Shown here one piece after another: positions 1 to 8,961 of a stretch of DNA of 43,878 nucleotides. The DNA is from a virus (Duplodnaviria; Heunggongvirae; Uroviricota; Caudoviricetes), in the IMG/VR virus record IMGVR_UViG_2778261538_000001, one strand, 5' to 3'. Below the pieces are notes generated by a model, which saw only the letters and a program-made list of their open reading frames with translations, searched no databases and had not been told where the DNA came from. Within the stretch, counting starts at the first letter, position 1, and the number at the start of each line of letters is the position of its first letter. The position numbers and the translations under genes were made by a program.

Positions 1-1143
1 CTATGCTGTTTTGATATCTACGATAATCCAGTCTTTACCACGATCATCATTGTATCGGTCGGTCATTTTTCTGGATTTATGACCTAACAACTTTTGCGTA
101 TCCAGACCCTGTTCCCGATATAACCGTTCTGACAGAGATCGCTGCTCATGAAATGTGGGCGCAGTTCCTGGCTCCCATTTTATGCCACATTTTTCCCTGG
201 CCTTTTTAAAAGCCGTTGTAAGAGTATTTGCAGAAACCTGGTCTCCTCTGTTTGCTTGAGAGGTAGTGTGACGGTAATGGACCAGATATTTACTAACAAC
301 AGCATCCCTGCACTGAGATATAACTTCACGAAGGGTAATATTCAGAGCATCGCATTTCAGGCTAAGCGGAATAGCAAGTTTTGAACCGGTTTTTTCCTGA
401 GTAATGTGCAACATGTCGTCCCATATATCAGAGAATTTCAAATTGCAGATATCGCCTAAACGTTGTCCAGTAACAAGAGCAAGTAGCATGCCGCATTTTA
501 AATAGGGCTGCCGTCTGCTTACGCTTTCAAATATTGCCTGCCATTCGGGCAGTGATAATCTTTGGCGGTTTACTCGATTTCGCGGTTGTTTTGTTGCCTG
601 CGCTGGGTTAAATCCTGGCGGAACATGTCCTGCGTGTTGTGCTTCTTTGAAGACGTCGATCAACACCATTCTCACGACTTGCGCCATCCTGTTATGACCT
701 TCAGCCTTTACAGCATCAATTATTTCGGCAATATCAAGTGCGGTAATATCCTTGAGGTGTTGCATTCCACAATGCTCACGGAAAAGACGAATGGGTTTAC
801 CTTTTTGCCGATAGGAGTTGGGTTTTAGTTCATTATGTTGCAGCCTGTCCTCCTGGATAGAAATATATTTATCAAGCCATTCTGTCACCGTAATGTCTGA
901 ACGCCTGCCTTTCATTCTTTCTAGACGCTCATTGACGCTTAATATTTGTCGGGTACGTTGTTCAGCAATAATGGTATTTGCTTCAGTAGCAACTTGTTTT
1001 GCTTCATTCTCATCAGTTCCTAAGCTATGAAAACGACCGGATAGTGGATGTTTGTATTGCCAATATACCTTTCCGGTTCGCTTATCTAATTTGCAATATA
1101 AATTGGGTATAGAGATTTTGTGAGATCGGGGTCTAGCAGCCAT
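1..1143 (-). CDS. int: Phage tyrosine integrase (lambda-Int family), 380 aa; stop at window edge so attL should lie just left of the window
   Basis: Complete ORF with C-terminal tyrosine-recombinase-like region; positioned at prophage end, followed upstream by an xis-like gene that overlaps its start. Confidence 0.88.
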   Translation of the reverse strand: MAARPRSHKISIPNLYCKLDKRTGKVYWQYKHPLSGRFHSLGTDENEAKQVATEANTIIAEQRTRQILSVNERLERMKGRRSDITVTEWLDKYISIQEDRLQHNELKPNSYRQKGKPIRLFREHCGMQHLKDITALDIAEIIDAVKAEGHNRMAQVVRMVLIDVFKEAQHAGHVPPGFNPAQATKQPRNRVNRQRLSLPEWQAIFESVSRRQPYLKCGMLLALVTGQRLGDICNLKFSDIWDDMLHITQEKTGSKLAIPLSLKCDALNITLREVISQCRDAVVSKYLVHYRHTTSQANRGDQVSANTLTTAFKKAREKCGIKWEPGTAPTFHEQRSLSERLYREQGLDTQKLLGHKSRKMTDRYNDDRGKDWIIVDIKTA

Positions 1144-1369
1144 CAGCGATTATCCGTTGGAGTTTTGGGTTTGCGTTTATTGGGAGTTGCGGTTCTGCAA
1201 GCGTTCCTACAAAACGGGAATTTCGGTCAATCATCCAGTAGCGACCAACTTTTATAGCGGGTGGGGCCATCATTTTCCCTTGCGCGTATTTTTTCAGAAC
1301 TCGCTCACTTGGTGCTAAGTCCCCAAATTCTTCTTTAGCCCAGTCCTGTAAAGTGATTAGTCGAGACAT
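1133..1369 (-). CDS. xis: Excisionase-like small DNA-binding protein, 78 aa
   Basis: Small basic ORF overlapping the int start by 11 nt (classic xis-int arrangement). Confidence 0.6.
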   Translation of the reverse strand: MSRLITLQDWAKEEFGDLAPSERVLKKYAQGKMMAPPAIKVGRYWMIDRNSRFVGTLAEPQLPINANPKLQRIIADGC

Positions 1370-1508
1370 TTGTCCTCCTCTTAGCTGCTGAGGGAGTTTG
1401 TGACCGATATATCTGACATGATATTAAGCTCATGGCAGGTACATCTCTTGACTGGTCATAGAGATAAATTTAATGCTGAGAAATGCAGTATTGAATTTAT
1501 CAATTTTT

Positions 1509-1748
1509 CTATTTCCTGCGTATGGCACGTAACTTCTTAATGTGTTCTGCTGTATCGATCTCTTCGGCTATCCGATCTGCATCAGCTTTATTCACAGGTT
1601 CAAAGTCATGATTAAAGCGGAACATGCTGGCGATACATGTTCTGCCTTTTTGGATGTAGTGAACTTTGTTGTGGGTAGAACGCAGGATTTTGCAGGGAGT
1701 GCCGTGGTGGTCGACGTACCAGGTGTTAGGAAAAATGATTCTGAACAT
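1509..1748 (-). CDS. Hypothetical early-left protein, 79 aa
   Basis: ORF co-oriented with the early-left operon; no motif recognised. Confidence 0.4.
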   Translation of the reverse strand: MFRIIFPNTWYVDHHGTPCKILRSTHNKVHYIQKGRTCIASMFRFNHDFEPVNKADADRIAEEIDTAEHIKKLRAIRRK

Positions 1749-1795
1749 TTTTACACCTCAGTTGGACGATGTTGAAATTTGCTGCTTTGAGGCCA

Positions 1796-2014
1796 TTACA
1801 ATCCCCATTGTTTGTTCTTAAGTTCGATCTCCTCCTGGCAACTTGCACAAGTCCGACAACCCTGAACGGCCAGGCGTCTTCGCTCATCTATGGGATCGCC
1901 ACACTCACAACAATGAGTGGCAGATATAGCCTGGTGGTTCAGGCGGCGCATTTTTATTGCTGTGTTGCGCTGTAATTCTTCAATTTCTGATGCTGAATCA
2001 ATGATGTCTGCCAT
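1796..2014 (-). CDS. TraR/DksA-family C4 zinc-finger protein, 72 aa
   Basis: Translation contains CxxC-(17)-CxxC (CCECGD...CRTCASC) typical of phage TraR/DksA-like zinc fingers. Confidence 0.65.
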   Translation of the reverse strand: MADIIDSASEIEELQRNTAIKMRRLNHQAISATHCCECGDPIDERRRLAVQGCRTCASCQEEIELKNKQWGL

Positions 2015-2112
2015 CTTCCATTAATCCCTGAATTGTTGGTTAATACGCTTGAGGGTGAATGCGAATAATAGAAAAGGAGCCTGTAGCTCCCTGATGATTT
2101 TGCTTTTCATGT

Positions 2113-2328
2113 TCACCGTTCCTTAAAAACGCCGTTTAACATGCCGATCGCTAGGCTTAAATGAGTCGGTGTGAATCCCATCAGCGTTACCGTTTCGCGG
2201 TGCTTCTTCAGTACGCTACGGCAAATGTCATCGACGTTTTTATCCGGAAACTGCTGTCTGGCTTTTTTGATTTCACAATTAGCCTGACGGGCAATGCTGC
2301 GAAGGGCGTTATTATGTTCTATTGTCAT
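2113..2328 (-). CDS. Hypothetical protein, about 71 aa (ATG at 2328; the longer 2113..2466 ORF overlaps the upstream gene)
   Basis: ORF in operon context; start chosen at the internal ATG that avoids overlap with 2336..3088. Confidence 0.3.
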   Translation of the reverse strand: MTIEHNNALRSIARQANCEIKKARQQFPDKNVDDICRSVLKKHRETVTLMGFTPTHLSLAIGMLNGVFKER

Positions 2329-2335
2329 ATTGGCC

Positions 2336-3088
2336 TCACACTTCGAATGCCAACTGAGGGGTAAAGACGTCCCGTTCAGCGTTGTAATTAAGTGAACTGG
2401 CACTGTTGAATGATTCAATGCGTTCCACAAGAACTTGCGTACGGGTTTCTTTACTTGCGGGAGCATATGGCGAACCTACCCAGGATTTGTCGATGCCTAT
2501 ATTTCTTGCGACGTTCGTGCTGTCTGCAGACGAAAGCGGTACATGAGTAAAAATGTCTTTATTTAACATCCGTAACCCATGAATCTTGGTGATTGGGTAG
2601 CCGTACTGATCTACAACATGACGTATAAGATCGCGTAGTTTAGCCCGACACGCTCTCGGTCGTTTTGCATCGTATTCCCCCATCGAGCCGATGCAGACGC
2701 GGGGAAACTCATGGCACAGACGAATAAATCGCTCATCTGGTTCGTTCATGTGCCACACCGGAGCACCAATAAATTTACCGTGAGGCCATGCCGCAATCAG
2801 GGCGTCATTCTCTTCACTGGTTCCGCCGATAACATCCGGGATAACCGCGAATGAGAAACGAGGGTGATTACCCCAGCGTTCAACAAATCTGTAATATTCA
2901 TTCCAGTCTACGGCCTTGTTTTTTGTCCAGAATGTGAATGCACCATTATCAAGAGCAAATGATTGGGTGACTTCGGAAGCCAGCTCAATCTGAGCTGGAT
3001 TAGCAAAACTGATGAATGCGTGTCTGCCTTTCCAGGCTTTCAACGCACAGGTATCGGGAGTTATTGGACCACCGTGAAAATGAATCAT
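2336..3088 (-). CDS. Conserved hypothetical early-left protein, 250 aa
   Basis: Long ORF, coding-like composition, start overlaps the stop of the small upstream ORF (ATGA). Confidence 0.6.
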   Translation of the reverse strand: MIHFHGGPITPDTCALKAWKGRHAFISFANPAQIELASEVTQSFALDNGAFTFWTKNKAVDWNEYYRFVERWGNHPRFSFAVIPDVIGGTSEENDALIAAWPHGKFIGAPVWHMNEPDERFIRLCHEFPRVCIGSMGEYDAKRPRACRAKLRDLIRHVVDQYGYPITKIHGLRMLNKDIFTHVPLSSADSTNVARNIGIDKSWVGSPYAPASKETRTQVLVERIESFNSASSLNYNAERDVFTPQLAFEV

Positions 3089-3243
3089 ACACTCTCCCGT
3101 TTATTATTTATCTCCTCAGCCAGTCGCTGGGCTTTCAGCGGATTTCGGATAACAGAAGGCCCGGGAAATACCCAGCCTCGCTTTGTAACGGAGTAGACGA
3201 AAGTGATCGCACCTACCCGGATATTATCGTGAGGATGCTTCAT
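3085..3243 (-). CDS. Small hypothetical protein, 52 aa, translationally coupled to exo (upstream) and to the 250-aa gene (downstream)
   Basis: ATG at 3243 overlaps the exo stop; GGAG about 9 nt upstream; its stop overlaps the ATG at 3088. Confidence 0.4.
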   Translation of the reverse strand: MKHPHDNIRVGAITFVYSVTKRGWVFPGPSVIRNPLKAQRLAEEINNKRESV

Positions 3244-3920
3244 CGCCATTGCTCCCCAAATACAAAACCAATTTCAGCCAGTGCCTCGTCCATTTTTTCG
3301 ATGAACTCCGGCACCATCTCGTCAAAACTCGCCATGTACTTTTCATCCCGCTCAACCACGACATAATGCAGTCCTTCACGCTTCATACGCGGGTCATAGT
3401 TGGCAAAGTACCAGGCATCTTTTCGCGTCACCCACATGCTGTACTGCACCTGGGCCATGTAAGCTGACTTTATGGCCTCGAAACCACCGAGCCGGAACTT
3501 CATGAAATCCCGGGAGGTAAACGGGCATTTCAGTTCAAGGCCGTTGCCGTCACTGCATAAACCATCTGGAGAGCAGGCGGTACGCATACTTTCGTCGCGA
3601 TAGATGATCGGTGATTCAGTAACATTCACGCCGGAAGTGAACTCAAACAGGGCTCTGGCGTCGTTCTCGTACTGTTTTCCCCAGGCCAGCGCTTTAGCGT
3701 TAACTTCCGGAGCCACACCGGTGCAAACCTCAGCAAGCAGGGTGTGGAAGTAGGACATTTTCATGTCAGGCCACTTTTTTCCGGAGCGGGGTTTTGCTAT
3801 TACGTTATGAACTTCTGAAGCTGTGATGACGCCGAGCCGTAATTTGTGCCACGCATCATCCCCCTGTTCGACAGCTCTCACGTCGATCCCGGTACGCTGC
3901 AGGATAATGTCCGGTGTCAT
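3240..3920 (-). CDS. exo: Lambda exonuclease (Red-alpha), 226 aa
   Basis: Translation [40 protein letters not shown]... matches lambda Exo almost residue for residue (from memory). Confidence 0.97.
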   Translation of the reverse strand: MTPDIILQRTGIDVRAVEQGDDAWHKLRLGVITASEVHNVIAKPRSGKKWPDMKMSYFHTLLAEVCTGVAPEVNAKALAWGKQYENDARALFEFTSGVNVTESPIIYRDESMRTACSPDGLCSDGNGLELKCPFTSRDFMKFRLGGFEAIKSAYMAQVQYSMWVTRKDAWYFANYDPRMKREGLHYVVVERDEKYMASFDEMVPEFIEKMDEALAEIGFVFGEQWR

Positions 3921-4702
3921 GCTGCCACCTTCTGCTCTGCGGCTTTCTGTTTCAGGAATCCAAGAGCTTTTACTGCTTCGGCCTGTGTCAGTTCTGACGA
4001 TGCGCGAATGTCGCGGCGAAATATCTGGGAACAGAGCGGCAATAAGTCGTCATCCCATGTTTTATCCAGGGCGATCAGCAGAGTGTTAATCTCCTGCATG
4101 CTTTCATCGTTAACCGGAGTGATGTCGCGTTCCGGCTGACGTTCTGCAGTGTATGCGGTATTTTCGACAATGCGCTCGGCTTCATCCTTGTCATAGATAC
4201 CAGCAAATCCGAAGGCCAGACGGGCACACTGAATCATAGCTTTATGCCGTAACATTCGTTTGGGATGCGACTGCCACGGTCCCGTGATTTCTCTGCCTTC
4301 GCGGGTTTTGAATGGTTCGCGGCGGCATTCATCCATCCACTCGGTAACGCAGATCGGATGATTACGGTCCTTGCGGTAAATCCGGCATGTACATGATTCA
4401 TTGTCCTGCTCAAAGTCCATGCCATCAAACTGCTGGTTTTCATTAATGATGCGGGACCAGCCATCAACGCCCACCACAGGAACGATGCCGTTCTGCTTAT
4501 CAGGGAAGGCGTAAATTTCTTTCGTCCACGGATTAAGGCCGTACTGGTTGGCGACGATCAGCAATGCGATGAACTGCGCATCGCTGGCATCACCTTTAAA
4601 TGCCGTCTGACGAAGAGTGGTGATCAGTTCCTGTGGGTCGACAGAATCCATGCCGACACGTTCAGCCAGCTTCCCGGCTAGCGTTGCGAGTGCTGTACTC
4701 AT
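3917..4702 (-). CDS. bet: Lambda Bet (Red-beta) single-strand annealing protein, 261 aa
   Basis: Translation matches lambda Bet; overlaps exo start by 4 nt as in lambda. Confidence 0.97.
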   Translation of the reverse strand: MSTALATLAGKLAERVGMDSVDPQELITTLRQTAFKGDASDAQFIALLIVANQYGLNPWTKEIYAFPDKQNGIVPVVGVDGWSRIINENQQFDGMDFEQDNESCTCRIYRKDRNHPICVTEWMDECRREPFKTREGREITGPWQSHPKRMLRHKAMIQCARLAFGFAGIYDKDEAERIVENTAYTAERQPERDITPVNDESMQEINTLLIALDKTWDDDLLPLCSQIFRRDIRASSELTQAEAVKALGFLKQKAAEQKVAA

Positions 4703-4707
4703 CCGTT

Positions 4708-5004
4708 TTATACCTCTGAATCAATATCAACATGGTGGTGAGCAATGGTTTCAACCATGTACCGGATGTGTTCTGCCATGCGCTCCTGAAACTCAACATC
4801 GTCATCAAACGCACGGGTAATGGCTTTTTTGCTGGCCCCGCAGCGTTGCAAATGATCGATGCAGAGTGATTCAAACAGGTGCTGTGGAAGACCTTTTTCC
4901 ATGTCGTCTGCCAGTTCTGCCTCTTTCTCTTCACGGGCGATCTGCTGGTAGTGACGCGCCCAGCTTTGAGCCTCAAGACGATCCTGAATGTAATAAGCGT
5001 TCAT
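4708..5004 (-). CDS. gam: Gam (RecBCD inhibitor), short 98-aa form only
   Basis: Translation [21 protein letters not shown]... equals the C-terminal 98 aa of lambda Gam; no in-frame upstream start is available for the long form. Confidence 0.9.
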   Translation of the reverse strand: MNAYYIQDRLEAQSWARHYQQIAREEKEAELADDMEKGLPQHLFESLCIDHLQRCGASKKAITRAFDDDVEFQERMAEHIRYMVETIAHHHVDIDSEV

Positions 5005-5079
5005 GGCTGAACTCCTGAAAATGGCTGTGAAAATATCGCCCGCGAAATGCCGGGCTGATTAGGAAAACAGGAAAGGGGA

Positions 5080-5370
5080 TTAGTGATTCAGGCCGTTGCC
5101 GCGCCCGTCGAGAAAAACTTCCACGAGCAAATCACGGGTATAAGTGCGCTCGATGCCGCGATGCAGATAAAGCCGTCCGCGTAAATTAGCTGATGCAGTC
5201 CAGGTACCATCTTTGTGTTTGACCAGCATTCCTGGCATGACCGCACCTCGATTAACGGTCTGCGTTCCGTAATGTTGATGAACCATAAAAACTCCTGCCC
5301 GTAAGCTGGGCTGCTGAACATATAGAGACTTCTGCGCGTATTCAGGCGGTGGATGGCCGCCGGTTGTCAT
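5080..5370 (-). CDS. Hypothetical early-left protein (about 96 aa from ATG at 5370; the 136-aa ORF to 5490 would need a TTG start)
   Basis: ORF in the position occupied by N/kil/cIII in lambda; GAGG upstream of the ATG at 5370; identity not recognised. Confidence 0.4.
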   Translation of the reverse strand: MTTGGHPPPEYAQKSLYVQQPSLRAGVFMVHQHYGTQTVNRGAVMPGMLVKHKDGTWTASANLRGRLYLHRGIERTYTRDLLVEVFLDGRGNGLNH

Positions 5371-5539
5371 AACTAAGCCGCCTCGTTGAAACGACTGAGG
5401 TATGAAGTGTTGAGTTGATTTCAGCTGGTCACACCGACGTTCACGCGTCCGCTTCACCCCTCGCACTTCCCGAAGCCTGCTGAAATTCAAGCTGCGGATC
5501 TAAGCGGTCATCGCAACGGTGAATCAGGTGGTTGCCGTA

Positions 5540-5650
5540 TCGTTGTGTTGTTGCGATGAATTTATTTAAAACTATAGTTGTTTTGTCGTCAACAACAAAA
5601 GTTGTTTTATTGGTTGTTTTAGATGTAACTGGTTGTATTTAGGATGGGTT
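5540..5650 (-). promoter_or_regulatory. Candidate oL/pL region: GTTGTT/AACAAC inverted repeats with leftward TTGACG-17-TTAAAT promoter-like hexamers
   Basis: Palindromes GTTGTT-N8-AACAAC and AACAAC-N4-GTTGTT at about 5577-5606 share the half-site seen in the cI-cro intergenic region. Confidence 0.45.
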
Positions 5651-5733
5651 TATTTTGTGACTTGCATCGCATAGCGATAACTGAAGGGAGATTGTGGTGG
5701 TTTTTTGAACGGTATACGTGATGAGGGGAGGGG

Positions 5734-5762
5734 ATAAAAGAAAACCCGGCACGGTGGCCGGG
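5734..5762 (-). terminator. Rho-independent terminator closing the cI-kinase-phosphatase operon
   Basis: CCCGGC-acggtg-GCCGGG stem-loop followed on the minus strand by TTTTCTTTTAT, immediately 3' of the phosphatase stop. Confidence 0.7.
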
Positions 5763-5766
5763 AAGT

Positions 5767-6510
5767 TTACAAATACTTTACATTTACCGCTATAAGAGAA
5801 TAATCGTCAGTCGGGCCTTTTGTCTCTATTCTTCGCATTAGGCTGGAGGCAAACCTTGATGCGGTTGACAATGTACGGTAAGAAAATCGTGGGCGTTGCT
5901 CCCAAAAGGTATGCGCGCCATCAGACATGATGAATAGAGATAGAACACCATCGTCAAGAGGAAGTTCATCTTTATCAATATTTATGACTTGATGTTGAAG
6001 GGGGATCTTGGCAGCAAGTGCAGTTGTAATAATATTTTTACCTTTTGCATTTTTGAGCTGTCGAGCTGTATAAATACCGCTATCTATCAACATTTGATGT
6101 TGAGTATGATCTGTTGTTAATTGGATTAGCTTATTTCCATTTTTTAAATAAACACGACAGTCACCTACATGTATAATTGTTAGACCTTGATTGTGAAGTA
6201 GGCACATTGTTAAAGTTGTAGCAGCAGATGCTAATTCTTTATCAACTGACGAAAGAGATGCCACCTTTTCTTGTAGGGTCTTAAGTAAGGATAAGACATT
6301 GTCTTCATGAGTGAAGCTGTCTTTAATACTATACAAATGATTTATTACTGCTGCAGATGCTTCTTTTCCTCCTTTATAACCACCAACCCCATCAGCTATA
6401 GCCATAAGATAACCATTTGGTGTTTGAAGTGGATAAAGCACGCTATCTTGATTTTCCCTGCCATTATGTTTTGGTACAGAAAATATGGATGATGAGAGTA
6501 TGCTAATCAT
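5767..6510 (-). CDS. PP2C-family Ser/Thr protein phosphatase, 247 aa
   Basis: Motifs AIADGVGG, HVGDCRVY and FIMSDGAH in the translation; overlaps kinase stop by 4 nt; AT-rich. Confidence 0.8.
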   Translation of the reverse strand: MISILSSSIFSVPKHNGRENQDSVLYPLQTPNGYLMAIADGVGGYKGGKEASAAVINHLYSIKDSFTHEDNVLSLLKTLQEKVASLSSVDKELASAATTLTMCLLHNQGLTIIHVGDCRVYLKNGNKLIQLTTDHTQHQMLIDSGIYTARQLKNAKGKNIITTALAAKIPLQHQVINIDKDELPLDDGVLSLFIMSDGAHTFWEQRPRFSYRTLSTASRFASSLMRRIETKGPTDDYSLIAVNVKYL

Positions 6511-7232
6511 AAGCGTTTCAACTCCAATTCCTCAAAGATCTGCTCTACGGTCAGGAATCTTTTGTTAAGTTGTCTATGCGTACATTTGTTTATTATATCA
6601 TCAAAACCATCAATATTTAATTCTTCAATTAAAATACCAATTGAATATATATCTGATTGTTTTGAATATCCGTTGAGGAAAACGTTGTAATCAAAGTATT
6701 TAGGAGTAGCGGGGTATTGGCCAATTTGTGTTAATAGCTGTGTATTGGCATCTGGTGACACATTTTTTGCAAGGCCGAAGTCAGATAACTTATAAATTCC
6801 ATCTTTAAATTTTAGTACATTTAGTGGTTTTATATCCCGATGAAGATATCCTTTCTTATGAATCCATCCGACGGCATTTAGTACCATTTTTACAATAGAG
6901 ATTTTTTCAGCCTTTGTAAGAGTTCCACTTTTTATTTCTTCTTCAAGATTTGTTTCTGCTAGTTCCATTACGAACCAAGGCTGAGCATTCTGTAAGTGGC
7001 ATATGAATATTTGGACAATATTAGTATGCAGGCATTCAGTTTGATATCTTACTTCTCGTTCAAATCTGGTAAAGAGTTCAGGATCTGTTGCATCAGGTCG
7101 TAAAATTTTTCTGGCATATAGACCACAAATTTTTCTTTGTGAGTTATATAACCTTATTTTTTCTACAAGGCCAAAACCGCCAGAACCAATTACTTCTAGG
7201 GGTTCTATTAGGTAATTCCCACGTTCTTCCAT
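6507..7232 (-). CDS. Minimal Hanks-type Ser/Thr protein kinase, 241 aa
   Basis: Gly-rich loop GSGGFG, conserved Lys (YARK), catalytic loop HRDIKPLN, DFG motif (LSDFGLAK); AT-rich; directly downstream of cI. Confidence 0.85.
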   Translation of the reverse strand: MEERGNYLIEPLEVIGSGGFGLVEKIRLYNSQRKICGLYARKILRPDATDPELFTRFEREVRYQTECLHTNIVQIFICHLQNAQPWFVMELAETNLEEEIKSGTLTKAEKISIVKMVLNAVGWIHKKGYLHRDIKPLNVLKFKDGIYKLSDFGLAKNVSPDANTQLLTQIGQYPATPKYFDYNVFLNGYSKQSDIYSIGILIEELNIDGFDDIINKCTHRQLNKRFLTVEQIFEELELKRL

Positions 7233-7327
7233 TGTTCATCCTTTTAAGTTAGACAAAAGGAAAAATATAATGCAATGTTATCGATGCTTTTTTGAAGCCA
7301 AAGTTAACTTGTTGAATTTATGTCGAA

Positions 7328-8017
7328 TTATCCATGCTTCCTATACGTCTGCGGCATGCTCCCGATGACTTTCCCGAAGATGAATACCCGGTTCATCTCG
7401 TCTTTCTCGATTGGGTCCCACGGTGAGTAGCTCTTGTTATCAGAGATAACCAGCAGTTTATCCTTCATCATTTGCAGGCGCTTTACATGGGCTGTGTCGT
7501 CGTACAGAAACGCATAGATACCATCACCGTCGAAAGATTTAACCGTGATATCAACGAACAGCAGATCACCTGGTTCGATCGTTCCTGACATGCTGTCACC
7601 GCGTACGTTAATGATACGGATATTTTCCGCCTTCCTGCCATCGAACATGTGACGAGCATCGTCAAACGAATACTCAACCGAACGTAGAACTTCTACAAAC
7701 TCACGGTTGATGACTCCCGGCCCGGCACTCACTTCGATATCAAGAACGTCAATCTTAAAGTATTTGGAATGGCTGACAGTTGTTTGTATTGGTTGCACTG
7801 TACTGTCTGACATATTTCCAACGCCAGAAGATAACCATTCTGCGCGCACACCCAAAGCGTTCGCGATCTCCACGATTTTAGTTGTTTGGTTAGCTTTCCC
7901 TGTTTCGATTTTCTGAATAGCTGCTTGGCTAACCCCGACCAAATCCCCAAGCGCCTTTTGTGTAAGGCCTCGCGCTAATCTGGCTTCTTTAAGTCTTTCT
8001 GAGAGTGTTGTTTTCAT
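7328..8017 (-). CDS. cI: CI-type prophage repressor (HTH plus LexA-like S24 autopeptidase domain), 229 aa from ATG at 8017
   Basis: N-terminal HTH (LTQKALGDLVGVSQAAIQKIETG), C-terminal GDSM and VKRL Ser/Lys dyad motifs; divergent from cro. Confidence 0.85.
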   Translation of the reverse strand: MKTTLSERLKEARLARGLTQKALGDLVGVSQAAIQKIETGKANQTTKIVEIANALGVRAEWLSSGVGNMSDSTVQPIQTTVSHSKYFKIDVLDIEVSAGPGVINREFVEVLRSVEYSFDDARHMFDGRKAENIRIINVRGDSMSGTIEPGDLLFVDITVKSFDGDGIYAFLYDDTAHVKRLQMMKDKLLVISDNKSYSPWDPIEKDEMNRVFIFGKVIGSMPQTYRKHG

Positions 8018-8121
8018 AGTCCAAATGTACAACCAAGGTTTTATTTCATCAAACGAAAATGGTTGTTGACTAAAAACAACCATGGTTTTAATCTTGATTC
8101 AAATTAACCACGGAGGTTGTT
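8018..8121. promoter_or_regulatory. oR operator / pRM-pR divergent promoter region
   Basis: Palindromes AACCAAGGTT (8031-8040), GGTTGTT-N7-AACAACC (8061-8081), AACCATGGTT (8078-8087); rightward TTGACT (8066-8071)-17 bp-TAATCT (8089-8094); GGAGG RBS before cro. Confidence 0.55.
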
Positions 8122-8352
8122 ATGAACCCAGCCATCAAAACAGCGATCAATATCGTTGGTTCACAAAAGAAACTAGGCGCTGCCTGCGAAGTTTCACAGC
8201 AGGCCGTCTATAAGTGGCTTCACAACAAAGCAAAGGTATCCCCTGAACATGTCGGCAGCATTGTTACGGCTACTGGTGGAGTAGTGAAGGCATACCAGAT
8301 TCGCCCGGATCTTCCGAAGTTGTTTCCACACACTGAAAAGAACGCAGCTTAA
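8122..8352 (+). CDS. cro: Cro-like HTH regulator (YdaS-like), 76 aa
   Basis: Small HTH protein divergent from cI at the immunity region. Confidence 0.75.
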   Translation: MNPAIKTAINIVGSQKKLGAACEVSQQAVYKWLHNKAKVSPEHVGSIVTATGGVVKAYQIRPDLPKLFPHTEKNAA

Positions 8353-8364
8353 ATTTCCATTTCA

Positions 8365-8376
8365 CGCTCTTTAACA
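8365..8376 (+). promoter_or_regulatory. boxA-like motif CGCTCTTTAACA (possible nutR)
   Basis: Close match to lambda boxA (CGCTCTTA...) between cro and the next gene; no convincing boxB hairpin seen. Confidence 0.3.
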
Positions 8377-8421
8377 ATAAGCAATCAACTTAACAGTCAA
8401 TTCAAACTAAAGGAGTCAATT

Positions 8422-8961
8422 ATGCAACCACTTACATACCAACAGACTAGCGGATTTAGCCCGACTGCGGTGATAAATCGTTCTCAAACAAAACAAGCTC
8501 CAGGCCACGAAAAAATCCGTGATGCCGTCCGCGCCTGGTCGGCTGTAGATAATCAGGATGTCGTTGCCGCACTCATTGTGAATGAGTATCGGGAGCAGGG
8601 CGGCGGCACCATCGATTTCCCTGATGATGTCAGCCGTGCACGCCAGAAGATGTTCCGCTTCCTCGATAACAAATTCGATTCTGAAAAATACCGAAATAAC
8701 GTGCGTGAACTGACCCCGGCAATTCTGGCGGTACTACCGCTGGAATATCGCGGTTACCTAGTTGAGCAGGATAGCTTCATGGCTCGGCTGGCTGAAATGG
8801 AAAAGGAACTCAGTGAGGCAAAGCAGGCGGTCATTCTCAACGCACCACGCCACCAGAAACTGAAGGAGATGAGTGAAGGCATTGTGTCGATGTTTCGAGT
8901 GGACCCGGATCTGGCTGGTCCACTGATGGCGATGGTCACCACCATGCTGGGGGCAATATGA
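8422..8961 (+). CDS. CII-position regulatory protein (YdaT-like), 179 aa
   Basis: Position immediately after cro and before O; no catalytic motif recognised. Confidence 0.55.
   Translation: MQPLTYQQTSGFSPTAVINRSQTKQAPGHEKIRDAVRAWSAVDNQDVVAALIVNEYREQGGGTIDFPDDVSRARQKMFRFLDNKFDSEKYRNNVRELTPAILAVLPLEYRGYLVEQDSFMARLAEMEKELSEAKQAVILNAPRHQKLKEMSEGIVSMFRVDPDLAGPLMAMVTTMLGAI

Noticed and set aside
2336-3088. Assigning the 250-aa protein to tRNA-guanine transglycosylase/DpdA-like DNA modification
   Set aside because: I could not identify diagnostic catalytic or zinc-binding motifs by eye; left as unknown.
5080-5490. Calling the 136-aa ORF the N antiterminator
   Set aside because: Needs a TTG start, and apart from an Arg-rich stretch there is no similarity to lambda N that I can see; kept only as a low-confidence hypothesis.
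7328-8083. Extended 251-aa version of cI
   Set aside because: The extra 22 N-terminal codons would run through the operator/promoter region; the ATG at 8017 gives a canonical HTH N-terminus.
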